A DNA stretch of 64,000 bases from an uncultured Planctomycetota bacterium. Its GTDB lineage: Bacteria > Planctomycetota > Planctomycetia > Isosphaerales > Isosphaeraceae. Positions 10,871 through 20,736 of the stretch are shown here, piece after piece (within the stretch, counting starts at the first letter, position 1; the number at the start of each line of letters is the position of its first letter). The translations under genes and the position numbers were made by a program. The stretch covers positions 128,001-192,000 of the forward strand of contig CAWJTV010000038.1 in the NCBI GenBank assembly GCA_963845755.1, given 5' to 3'. The notes below the pieces were generated by a model that made no database searches, had not been told where the DNA came from, and saw nothing but the letters and a program-made list of their open reading frames with translations.

Positions 10871-11161
10871 ATGCGACCTGACCACGTGGATTGGGACGAG
10901 CCGGACGACTCCCAGGGGAATGTCTGGCAGATCGCCGCGGCGGACCTGTCCCGGCAGGAGGTGGAGGATGTGCTGGACAATCCCGACGCTGACGCCGTCC
11001 CGAGCGAAGGGGCGGCCGAGGGTACCGAGCGCTGGATCGTCTTCGGCCCGACGTCTACCGGCAAGCACATCGCCGTGGTCTTCGAGATCCTCTGCGACGA
11101 CCCCTACTCTGTCCGGCCCATCACTGCTTACGAGACTCCGGAATACGGGGAGGGGGACTGA
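10871..11161 (+). CDS. BrnT/DUF4258-like putative toxin
   Basis: 96 aa; WD..., EVEDVL, RWIVFGPTSTGKHIAVVFE, RPITAY pattern. Confidence 0.7.
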   Translation: MRPDHVDWDEPDDSQGNVWQIAAADLSRQEVEDVLDNPDADAVPSEGAAEGTERWIVFGPTSTGKHIAVVFEILCDDPYSVRPITAYETPEYGEGD

Positions 11162-11164
11162 GGC

Positions 11165-11734
11165 ATGGGAGCGAAGAGCCAGCCGCGGGGATCAGGCTTG
11201 ACCCCGGAGCAGAGGGCGCGGATCGAGGCCATCCGGGTCGCGAACCGGACGCCGGAAGCCCGGGCGCGCCAGGCCGCCGTCCGGGAGGAGTATGCCGACA
11301 AGCCGGGGCTCGTTGAGTTGATACAGCGGGGACAGGCCGATTCCGAGCGCATCACGACGATGGGGGCGGTGGGGGCCTTGCTGAAGGCCACGGCGGTCGT
11401 GCGCCGGGCGCGTGAGGCCAAAGGGCTCTCGTTGACCGACGTGTCCCGCAGATCGGGGCTGCCGCTGCCGGCCCTGAGCCGGCTGGAATCGGGCAAGAAC
11501 CCGCGGCCTACTTTCGAGACCCTCGCCCGCTACGCGTCCGGCGTCGGGCTGGAAGTCAACGTCATCATCCGGGAAAAAGGGGAGAGCGAACACCGGACAT
11601 CGACCGCGGAGGACGAGGTTCTCACGGTCCGCTCGGCGGACCTCGATCGACTCGTCGCGACGATCCAAGGGCAGATCGACGCATTCCGGGCTTCCTCCCA
11701 CGGGGCCACTTCCGCAGCCGGCGGCGATTTGTGA
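11165..11734 (+). CDS. XRE-family HTH protein, putative antitoxin
   Basis: RRAREAKGLSLTDVSRRSGLPLPALSRLESGKNPRPTFETLARYA; starts 3 nt after the toxin-like gene. Confidence 0.85.
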   Translation: MGAKSQPRGSGLTPEQRARIEAIRVANRTPEARARQAAVREEYADKPGLVELIQRGQADSERITTMGAVGALLKATAVVRRAREAKGLSLTDVSRRSGLPLPALSRLESGKNPRPTFETLARYASGVGLEVNVIIREKGESEHRTSTAEDEVLTVRSADLDRLVATIQGQIDAFRASSHGATSAAGGDL

Positions 11735-11766
11735 CAGGCATCCGGCTCAGAGCTTGGGAAAGGGTC

Positions 11767-11865
11767 GGATTCCCGATCCCGAATTCACGATTCAAGATTC
11801 CTAAGCCTCGGCTCCATCCGGGCTTAACATCCATTCGGAATCTTAAATATGTGGTCTTGAATCGA
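11767..11865. repeat. Heptamer-repeat hairpin, family A, degenerate
   Basis: ggattcc-cgatccc-gaattca-cgattca-agattcc ... ggaatct ... tgaatcg, between convergent genes. Confidence 0.65.
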
Positions 11866-11880
11866 TCCTTTCACAGCCTC

Positions 11881-12777
11881 TCAGATCAAAACCTTGCGAG
11901 GATGGATCCAACCTTCCGACGGATTCGACTCGGCCAGGGCCACGAGCCGGCCTTCAGGATCGATCAGCACCAGCTCGCCCGGGGGAATGACCGTAACGCA
12001 GAAGTCTCGAATGGCGAGTCTTCGTCCCGCCGCCACGGCGAGCACCTGCTCGGCATCGAGAATCTGTCGCGGCAGGCCGGTGAGGGCGTCCAGGGATGGG
12101 TGGAGATGTTGAAGGATCGACTCGGTCGAGAGTGCGTCCAGATCCACCGCCCGGTCGAGGGTGAACGATCCGATCCGGGTGCGGATCAGGGTCTCCACGA
12201 GGCCGCCGCAGCCGAGCGCCTCGCCGATGTCGCGGGCGAGTGAGCGGATGTAAGTCCCGCTGCCGCAGTCGATCTCCAACTCCAGGTAGGGCCAGTCGTA
12301 ACGGACCACGGTGATGCGGTCGATCCGGACCCGTCGCGGGGCCAGATCGACGGGTTGGCCGGCCCGCGCCAGGTCGTAGGCGCGCCGGCCCTGAACCTTG
12401 AGAGCCGAGTAGTCAGGCGGCGTTTGCTCGATCTCGCCGATCCAGGCGGTCGCAGCGCTCTCGACGTCCGGCGGCGCGGGAACTCTGGCGTTGGTCTGGT
12501 AAACGATCTGGCCGTCCGCATCGAGCGTGTCACTTCGTGCGCCCAGGAGGACAACGGTGCGGTACGACTTGGGCAGCCGTTGGATCCACTCGACCAGCCG
12601 GGTCGCCTGGCCGATGCAAACGATCAACACGCCCGAGGCCAGCGGATCGAGCGTCCCCGCATGACCGGCCTTCGCGCCGCCGGCCTGGCGAGCCACCCGA
12701 TCGACCACCGCACGCGATGTCAGGCCCCGCGGCTTGTTGACATTCAAGATCCCGCGGACTCCGTCCCGAGTCCCCAT
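11881..12777 (-). CDS. truB: tRNA pseudouridine(55) synthase TruB
   Basis: NKPRGLTS, GHAGTLDPLASGVL, PPDYSALKVQGRRAY and CGSGTYIRSLARDIG motifs. Confidence 0.97.
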   Translation of the reverse strand: MGTRDGVRGILNVNKPRGLTSRAVVDRVARQAGGAKAGHAGTLDPLASGVLIVCIGQATRLVEWIQRLPKSYRTVVLLGARSDTLDADGQIVYQTNARVPAPPDVESAATAWIGEIEQTPPDYSALKVQGRRAYDLARAGQPVDLAPRRVRIDRITVVRYDWPYLELEIDCGSGTYIRSLARDIGEALGCGGLVETLIRTRIGSFTLDRAVDLDALSTESILQHLHPSLDALTGLPRQILDAEQVLAVAAGRRLAIRDFCVTVIPPGELVLIDPEGRLVALAESNPSEGWIHPRKVLI

Positions 12778-13132
12778 GCGCCCCTCCCTTACTTGGCGGT
12801 TCACTCCTATCTCCTCTCGGCACAACGCCTTTACGACAGACCGAGATCCGACCGCACTTTCTTGCTTGACGCCAGCCGATCGGTTGACTTAACAATAACA
12901 ATTCCCAGCGAAGTGAGTCATGATGGTTGCTCGGCTGCACAATGGATGCACGCCGCTCTCCAGCAATACCACTTCGAACATTGAAGGATCTTCGCAGCCG
13001 CGCATCAGGAAACCGCTGGAGAAAGCCGTCGCTTTCGGGAAATCCCGGGGACCTGGTTTACAGTGGATAGAGGGGAGAACCGTCCCCGATCGTTTGGGTT
13101 GCGGCTCCGCCGCGTCAAGGTGTTCATTCACG

Positions 13133-13720
13133 ATGCCGATTCTGCCTGTCGAGCCCGATTGTCATCCGTTGAACCTCTGGGAAGAGCCGGACGCGCTGCC
13201 GGCCAAGGAGGAGGGAACCTGGTTGTGCTTGCATACCAAGCCCCGCCAGGAGAAGTCGACCGCCCGCGACCTTCGCGAACAGGGAGTGGTTTATTATCTG
13301 CCACAGGTTGTCAAAGAAAGTCGAACGCCCAACGGCCGCAAACTCCGATCGATTGTGCCCCTGTTCCCGGGATATCTGTTCCTTTACGGCGATGCGAACG
13401 ACCGGTTGGTGGCCTTGCGCGGAAATCGACTGGTGAACGTCCTGACGGTAGTCGACCAGGAAGGGCTGGTCCACGACCTGCGCCAGGTCAACACGATGCT
13501 CCACTCGGGCCTCGCCGTCTCGGACACGCCCATGGTTCCCGTGGGGGCGAAGGTCCGGATCATGACCGGCCCACTGACCGGAATCGAGGGCACGGTGATC
13601 CGCCGGGGAAATCGAGATCAGTTCGTGGCCGTGGTCCACTTCCTCGGCCGCGGAGCCATGGTCGACCTCGAGGATTGGCAGGTTGAACAGGTTCGGGGTC
13701 AGTCCGAATCGGACGGCTGA
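13133..13720 (+). CDS. Specialised NusG paralog (RfaH/UpxY-like antiterminator)
   Basis: NGN domain WLCLHTKPRQEK...PLFPGYLF and KOW domain GAKVRIMTGPLTGIEG. Confidence 0.85.
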   Translation: MPILPVEPDCHPLNLWEEPDALPAKEEGTWLCLHTKPRQEKSTARDLREQGVVYYLPQVVKESRTPNGRKLRSIVPLFPGYLFLYGDANDRLVALRGNRLVNVLTVVDQEGLVHDLRQVNTMLHSGLAVSDTPMVPVGAKVRIMTGPLTGIEGTVIRRGNRDQFVAVVHFLGRGAMVDLEDWQVEQVRGQSESDG

Positions 13721-15403
13721 GGCCCCAGGGTCGCGGATCGAGCGGCCTCGGCACAGCGGCGTGCCTTCTCCAGACGTTCGGTCGGGTCATAACGGTATCC
13801 GGCCACCCTCTGATAATGGACACGCGTCCGTTCCCAGACGGTCGCCCATCGCGAGGCGTCCATCGCGAAGTGCCGGGCACACTCGTCCGGGTCCAGCGGC
13901 AAGGCGATCGAACGCGATGGGCCGAAGATTTCTCGGATCGGCAGCTCTCGCAGCACGGCGCCGGCGAGGGCGACGTAGCCGGCGAGCGTGGGATGGTGCG
14001 TATCCTGGATGACACGGTCGCCGATCAATCCGTTCGGGCTGATCGCGGCGAGCTCGCGGCGGCCGTCGATGAGGAGGCATCGGGGATGCCTGCGGGCGAC
14101 CTCCTGGTAGGCCGCGCGGAAGGGGGCCGGGCAGCGGATGGGTAGTCCGTCGTGATCCAGGGCGGCGAGGTAGTGGCGGCCCGCATCGGCCAGTTCGCCG
14201 TCGCGTTCGCGCAGCCGCGCCAGGCGGAAGTGGGCCTCGGCGAAACTCGGGTGCCGGCTGAGGATGGCGGCGTAACCGCCGGCGGCCCGCGCCGGGTCGC
14301 CCGACTCCTCGGCGCGCGCGGCCTGGAACTCGGCGATCACGCGTTGACGCTCGGCCGGCGAGGTCGAGGGGGGGAGCGTGGACCGGCTGGGCTCGTATCC
14401 CGACTCATTGGCCGGGGGAACGATCAGGATCGGCAAGGCGCCGATCCGTTCGCAATAGCTGACGATGGCCTCGAGCCGCTGCCGGAAATCGGCCAGGATG
14501 TCGGCCGACTCCGACGGGCTGCACAGGGGCGGATCGATGAGCTGGTGACGGCCCGTCAAGGGCGGCGGACGATCGAGTCGGTTCTTGCTGATTCCTTCAT
14601 AGGCCAGCCGGCAGAACGGGGAAGCCAGGGTGGCGCGATAGATCCCCTGGAGCAGGCGATTGCCAGGCTCCTCGTCAACCCATGGGTCGCGCTCCTCCTC
14701 GAACCGGGACGCGAATTCGTTGTGCCCCGAATAGATGATCACGGCATCCGGGCGCCGTTTCAAGCCGGCCAACTTGTGATGCTGCTGCTCCAGCGAGTCG
14801 CCCAGCCACGCCAGGATCTCGCATTCGAATCGTCGCTCCGGGACCGCCTCCTGAAGCTGCCAGGCGACGATCTGGCCCACCGACAACCAAGGACGATACG
14901 GCTCTCCCAGCGCACTGGAGCCGCCGAGGACCACGATCCGGTATTCCTCGGGCGGCGATGGCGCGAACGAGGTCGGCAGCGCCGGAAATCGGTGCATCCA
15001 GCCGCGCCAGGCCGCCGAGCCGAGCTCGAGGACCACCAGTGCGAACAGACACACCAGGCAGACCGCGAACCCGCGAAGGATCGCCGGTCGAACCCTCGAC
15101 TGGCCCGCGCACCGCGACCGCGCCGCCAGATAGACCGTCAACGGCGTCCCGATCACGGCGGCCAGGACCAGCGCGCTATACCCGAAGAGTACGCCCCGCA
15201 ACGCGACCTCGATCATCCCCCGCAGGATCCCGCGGCAGGACGGGAATCCAGCCGGGGAGTACGATCGCTCCCATCACCAGCACGGCGACCGGGAGGGCCA
15301 TCGCCAGGAGTCGCAACGCCGTGAGAAGCCGTTGCCGTCGCGGCGGTGCCGGGACCGGCCCGGTGGCGGTCGTCGTCTCCTGGGTTGTGGCGTCTTGGTT
15401 CAT
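13699..15403 (-). CDS. Membrane-anchored SGNH/GDSL hydrolase-like protein with TPR; frameshift near 15215
   Basis: RIVVLGGSS, YSGHNEF and DTHHPT blocks; TPR-like AEAHFRLAR; N-terminal TM helices. Confidence 0.75.
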
Positions 15404-15406
15404 CGC

Positions 15407-16012
15407 TCAGGTCAGCCCGGCCGCTGTGACGACGGCCTCGCACGAGAATTCCAGACCGGGAAGCAGACGAGTGCGGTAGAGGACCGGAGGCTCGACGACG
15501 TTCTCCACCCATCGATTCCGTACGCGAGGCATCACAACCATCACATGCTTCTTGGGGTCGACGATCCAATACTCCTTCGCGCCGAGACGCAGGTATTCGT
15601 CGGGCTTCTCCTCGTAGTCGCGCTTTCGCGAACTGGGGGAAACGACTTCGATCACGAGTTCGGGGAACCAGTGACGCCAAAGACTCGCATTGTCAATCGG
15701 TGGTGATGCCTTTAGGTAGACCGCCAGATCGGGATGCCTTTCGGAGCTGAGGGTGGGGATCAACAGTTTGCATCCGCTGGCGGGCGCGATCATGTGAATC
15801 CGTCCGGGATGCATTATCTCGTAGGCGAAGAGTTGCCGGCAGATCGCGTAAGCCAGGATCGCATGGAGTCTGTTGGGTACGTCGGACACGGTGATGATCC
15901 CCCGGCTCAGTTCGTAAAGATACCCTTCCTGAACTTTGGCATGCTCGAATTCCTCGAGGCTCATCCGCCGGCCGTGGTCGGTCGGACCGATTCTGGTCAA
16001 GGTCTTGCCCAT
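15407..16012 (-). CDS. Uma2 family putative endonuclease
   Basis: YELSRG, PDLAV, PELVIEVVSPSS and EYWIVDP motifs. Confidence 0.9.
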   Translation of the reverse strand: MGKTLTRIGPTDHGRRMSLEEFEHAKVQEGYLYELSRGIITVSDVPNRLHAILAYAICRQLFAYEIMHPGRIHMIAPASGCKLLIPTLSSERHPDLAVYLKASPPIDNASLWRHWFPELVIEVVSPSSRKRDYEEKPDEYLRLGAKEYWIVDPKKHVMVVMPRVRNRWVENVVEPPVLYRTRLLPGLEFSCEAVVTAAGLT

Positions 16013-16042
16013 CGGATCGGTTTCCTCGCGTTCGGGGATTCT

Positions 16043-18454
16043 TCAGCGTGCGACCGAGATCTCCAGGGGGATTCCCAGACTGGCCGGGGCCAGGCAGAGG
16101 CGGTCGTTGCAGGCCTGATAGCTCAACTGGAGTTTCATGCGGATCGTGCCCGGCTTGGCGTCGGCGGCGAGCCGGATCCGGACGATCAACGGCACCTTCC
16201 CTTCGTAGAGCGGGACCTTCTCGGTGCCGATCGACCCGAGGACCTTGGCCTCGCCGGCGGGGTAGGTGACCTTGAGCAGCGTGGCCAGCGGCTCGGAGGT
16301 CCGGTCGAGATCAATCGTGGTGGGATTCAGCTCGGGGACGCCGGTGGGATTTGCGTAGAGATGCCAGCCGTCCTGGATCGTGAGCGAGACCACGGCTTCA
16401 CCTTCACCGCCGGGGACAATCGGTCCGGACGCGCGGGCCGTCGCCGTGACCACGCCGGACTTCGCGTGATCCGCGGCGACCGGCGCCAGCGGCGCGTTCG
16501 CGCCCGGTTCCTGGTCGAGCTCACGCTCCAGGGCCATCAGCATCATGGGCATCGCGAAGCCGCGCTCGGACATCAGTGTGCTGAAAGCGCCCAGCGCCTT
16601 GACCGCGTGATCTCGGTAAGACGATTCGCCGGTGGCACGGTAGAGCTCCAGCAGGTTGAGGATGGCGATGCTGTTGCCGCTGGGCAGGGCGTTGTCGAAG
16701 GGGTCTTTGGGTCGGGCCAGGAGGCTTTCATGTCCCTCGGCGGTGAAGAAGAACCCGCCTTCCTCGCGATCCTCGAAGTCGGCGAGCATGCGGTCGGTCA
16801 GGGCCCGGGCCTCGCGGAGCCAGTGGGCGTCGGCGGTCGCGGCGTGGAGCTGGAGCAGTCCGTGGGCCAGGAAGGCGTAATCCTCCAGGTAGGCCGCGAG
16901 CTTGGCCTGGCCCAGGCGATAGGTGCGCAGCAGGCGGCCGTCGGCTGTACGAAGTTTGGCCAGGAGGAACTCGGCGGCCTTCTCGGCGGTTCGCCGGTAT
17001 TTGTCAACGCGGAGGACCCGGTAGCCGTCGGCATAGGCCGCGATCATCAGCCCGTTCCAGCCGGTGAGGACCTTGTCGTCGCGCAACGGGGCGGGCCGCT
17101 TCTCGCGCGCGGCCAGTAGTCGGGCGCGCAAGGGCGCCAGCCGGGCTTCGAGGTCCTTCGGGGTGACCTGGAGCACCTCGGCCTGCTCGGCGCGGGTCTT
17201 TGGTTCGAGGAGGACATGGCGGCCGCCCTCGAAGTTGGGCTCGCCGGTCAGGCCGTAGACCCGGGCGAACGTGCTGGTCTCAGGACCCTCGCCCAGCACC
17301 GATTTCACCTCGTCTCGAGTCCAGACGTAATACGCGCCTTCCTCGCCGTGGGTCTCGGCGTCGAGGGCCGAATAGAAGCCGCCCTCTGGCGCGGTCATAC
17401 TCCGCTCGACATACGCGAAGGTGGCCTCGGCCTCATCGCGCCATCGGGGGTCCTTCGTGACCGCGTAGGCCATCAAGTGGGTGGAAGCGAGCTGGGCGTT
17501 GTCGTAGAGCATCTTCTCGAAGTGGGGCACGGTCCAGGATCGGTCGGTGGAATAGCGGTGATAGCCGCCGCCGAGATGGTCGCGGATCCCGCCGCGCACC
17601 ATGCGATCGAGCGTCATCTGGACCATCTCCAGCGGGCCGGGCTGGGCACCGGGGACTTTCCCGACGGACCTGCGGACCTGCTGATCGAGGAGGAACACGA
17701 GGTTGACCGGTTCGGGGAACTTGGGCCGGCGCGGGTTGCGGGGGTTGAAGCCGAAGCCGCCATGCTCGGGGTCGAACTGGCGCGTCAGTTCGGCCAGTCC
17801 CTCGACGGCCCAGGTCCGCGACAGGGGCAGCCGGCGTTGACCGCCAGCGGCCCGGAGTTGCCGGCGCGTCGCATCGGTCAGGAGGGCGGCCGACTTGTCG
17901 ATCTCGGCCCGCTGATCCCTCCAGGCGTCGCCGACCGCCTTGACGATGTTGAGGAACCCCGAAGACCCCTGGCGAGCGCGCGGCGGGAAATAGGTCCCGC
18001 CGAAGAAGGGCCGGCCGTCGGGGGTCAAGAACATCGACATCGGCCAGCCGCCGGGACCCATCGCCTGGAGGGCAGCCATGTAGACTTGATCGACGTCCGG
18101 GCGCTCCTCGCGGTCAACCTTGATGCAGACGAACCGGTCGTTGAGCAGCTTGGCGATCTCGGCGTCCTCGAAGCTCTCGCGCTCCATCACGTGACACCAG
18201 TAGCACGAGCTGTAGCCGATGGAGAGGAAGATCGCCTTGTTCTCGGCCTTGGCCCTGGCGAATGCCTCGGGTCCCCACGGGTACCAGTCCACGGGGTTGT
18301 GGGCGTGCAGGAGCAGGTAGGGGCTGGTCTCTTTGGCCAGGCGGTTGGCCGGCCGATCCTCGCCCTGGCCCCCGGCGCCGGACATCGTGCCCAGGCTCAG
18401 GATCATCAAAGCCAGGATCGGGAGACGTCGCAACGGGGGAGTCCGCAGGTGCAT
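16043..18454 (-). CDS. YyaL/DUF255 thioredoxin-domain protein fused to a DsbD N-terminal-like domain
   Basis: [28 protein letters not shown] and [12 protein letters not shown]-terminal GWHLY...[12 protein letters not shown]; signal peptide. Confidence 0.9.
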   Translation of the reverse strand: MHLRTPPLRRLPILALMILSLGTMSGAGGQGEDRPANRLAKETSPYLLLHAHNPVDWYPWGPEAFARAKAENKAIFLSIGYSSCYWCHVMERESFEDAEIAKLLNDRFVCIKVDREERPDVDQVYMAALQAMGPGGWPMSMFLTPDGRPFFGGTYFPPRARQGSSGFLNIVKAVGDAWRDQRAEIDKSAALLTDATRRQLRAAGGQRRLPLSRTWAVEGLAELTRQFDPEHGGFGFNPRNPRRPKFPEPVNLVFLLDQQVRRSVGKVPGAQPGPLEMVQMTLDRMVRGGIRDHLGGGYHRYSTDRSWTVPHFEKMLYDNAQLASTHLMAYAVTKDPRWRDEAEATFAYVERSMTAPEGGFYSALDAETHGEEGAYYVWTRDEVKSVLGEGPETSTFARVYGLTGEPNFEGGRHVLLEPKTRAEQAEVLQVTPKDLEARLAPLRARLLAAREKRPAPLRDDKVLTGWNGLMIAAYADGYRVLRVDKYRRTAEKAAEFLLAKLRTADGRLLRTYRLGQAKLAAYLEDYAFLAHGLLQLHAATADAHWLREARALTDRMLADFEDREEGGFFFTAEGHESLLARPKDPFDNALPSGNSIAILNLLELYRATGESSYRDHAVKALGAFSTLMSERGFAMPMMLMALERELDQEPGANAPLAPVAADHAKSGVVTATARASGPIVPGGEGEAVVSLTIQDGWHLYANPTGVPELNPTTIDLDRTSEPLATLLKVTYPAGEAKVLGSIGTEKVPLYEGKVPLIVRIRLAADAKPGTIRMKLQLSYQACNDRLCLAPASLGIPLEISVAR

Positions 18455-18626
18455 CGCAAGGTCCTTCCGCGGGAGCGCGGTCGCGAGAGCGCGAGGCGTC
18501 CGCCGAGCCGCGCCGGCTCGCGATGACGCCCTCGCCTTGGGTCGGCTCGGCGCAGTGAAGCGGTCCCTCGTCCTTGATTCTACGCGGTCGCCCGCGGTAC
18601 TCCAATCGGGGAGGACGCTCCGCTCA

Positions 18627-20500
18627 TCACGGTCCACTGGGCCGGGCGCGGCCCGAGGGCATGACCTTGACTCGGGCCTGATCTTCCAGCGGCGGCCCGC
18701 TCGAGCCATCATGGGTCGCCGTGACCCTGCAGATCGCCACCTCGGGATCGTCGCCGGTGACCTCGACGACGATCCCCATGAGGAGCTCTTTCTGGGGTCC
18801 GAGACTCTTGATGCCCTTGCCCTGTTCGTCCACGAAGATCACTTGATTGCCGGTGGTCTCCCCGGTGATCCCTTCCGGGCAACCGGCCACCTCCATGGCC
18901 TTCAGGTTCTTGGAGAGGGTGGCCGTCAGCAAGATATTGGTAGCTTCCTTGGTGCCGTAGTTTCGCAGGCGAATCTGGAAGGTGGTCTTGCCGCCGACGT
19001 CCACGACGCGGAGGCGCTCGCTGACGACGAGGTCAACATCGGGCAAGCCGCGAACATCGGTGGTCACGCTCGCCCTGTCCTGGAGTCCCCCGTCGCCTCG
19101 GGCCTCGGCATTGATGTCGTAGAAGCCGACGCCCCCCATGCGCATCTGGAAGCCGAGGATCTGCGGTTTGCCACCGGGCTCGATCCGATCGATGAGCCAC
19201 TGGATGCGACGAGTCCCCTCATCATAGCGGGCCCCCGCGGGAAGCGGCTGGAGCAACCGCCCGCGGACCGGCAAGGTCGCGAGGACGCGGACCTTCCGCG
19301 CCGGCGCCGTGCCGGGGTTTTCGACCTTGATCACGAAAGGGGCGATGGTGTCGGTGTAGCGTTCCTTGGGCGCCGTGAGCGTGATCTTGAGGTTGGGCTC
19401 AACGACTTTGATCGATTTGATGCTCTGGGCCTTATCCTGTTCGTCCTTGACGTCGGTGATGACGTCGGGACTGGTGGCGGTGACCGTGCACGACTGGTCC
19501 CCGCCCTTGATCGCGTCAACCTCGAGCGAGTCGAGCTCCTCACGCTGATTGGGGGCCAGCGTGGGGAGCGTCAATTCGAGCGTCTGCTCCTCACTCTTCT
19601 CGCCCGAGCCATGCCGGAGTCCGTCGGTCAGCTTCGCCCGGATCGTAACATTCCGCGCGGGCCCGTCGCCGAGGTTGGTCACGGCGATCTTGAATGCGAC
19701 AGGCTGCCCTTTCAGGACATTGCTCGTGCTGACCTCCTGGTCAACCTTCAGCATCGGCTTGAAGACCTGGCTCCGCGCCTTGCTCGCGACCTGGAACAAG
19801 ACCTTCGCGACATGGTCGAAGGGCCCCGTCCGGACCGGCTTCACCGTCAAGGTGATGACGTTCTCGGAGCCGGCAGGCAGCTCGTTGATCGACCAGCTCA
19901 GGAGCGATTCCTTCGCGCTGTACGCCTCGGGCTGACTGGAGACATACTCGAGGCCGTCGGGCAGCGTGTCGAGGATCTTGACGTTGATCGCGTTGGAAGT
20001 GCCGGTGTTCCGGACGATGAGCCTGAGAGTCGTCTTCTGGTTCAGGTTCATGCTCGCGGGCCCCTGGACGTCAACCGTGACGGCGACCGACTGCTTACCC
20101 AGGGGGATCGGATCCGTCGCAGGGGCGTCACTGCCGGGATCGATCGACCGACCGCCGGCCGTGGGTAACGTGGCGCCTGCGCCGGCAGGCTTCGGATCGC
20201 CGGCCGGCACGGGGCTCGGCGGCTGCGCGTTCCCATCGGTGAGCCGGAGTGCCGGGTCGGATTTCACGGTATCGGGCCGTGATACGGGCCGGCTGACCTC
20301 CGGCTTGGGCTTATTGACGGATCCGGACGGATCGTCCGGGGACTTGATCTCATCCGAGATCTCGAGGGGCGAAATGGGCGGTCCAGGAGCATCGGTTGCC
20401 GGGATCGGAACCGGTTGAGCCTCATTCTGACCGCGCCAACCGGGATGGCCGGCGACGCCAACAGGATCATCCCCAGAATCAGCAAGAGTCGCCGGCCCAT
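18627..20500 (-). CDS. DUF11 (OmcB-like repeat) exported protein; frameshift near 20420
   Basis: Repeats [43 protein letters not shown] and [12 protein letters not shown]. Signal peptide [10 protein letters not shown] lies in an adjacent frame. Confidence 0.8.
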
Positions 20501-20736
20501 GGATCGATCCCCTCCTTGGGAACGGCCCCGGTGGACACCACGCGAGCCACAATCGTTGGATCCTCGACGCCGCCTCGAGACAGGGCGACCAGGCGGCGAG
20601 CGACAACCCGTCCCGGTCGCAAGCGCACGTGAAGCGCGGACCGAGTGACTGGCAAACCAAGCCGTCGCGGATTGATAACAGATCGGCTCGGATCGAGGAA
20701 GGTCAAATCGCGGAATCGACGCCGGGAGGCATCGAA

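Noticed and set aside
12920..13132. N-terminal extensions in the ORF track (NusG paralog, YyaL, truB, 2538-3965)
   Set aside because: Family motifs, RBS and signal peptides begin at downstream starts.
15407..16012. Uma2 and DUF4058 genes as a defence system
   Set aside because: Both are solitary members of families that are highly expanded in planctomycetes, with no methylase or other partner nearby.
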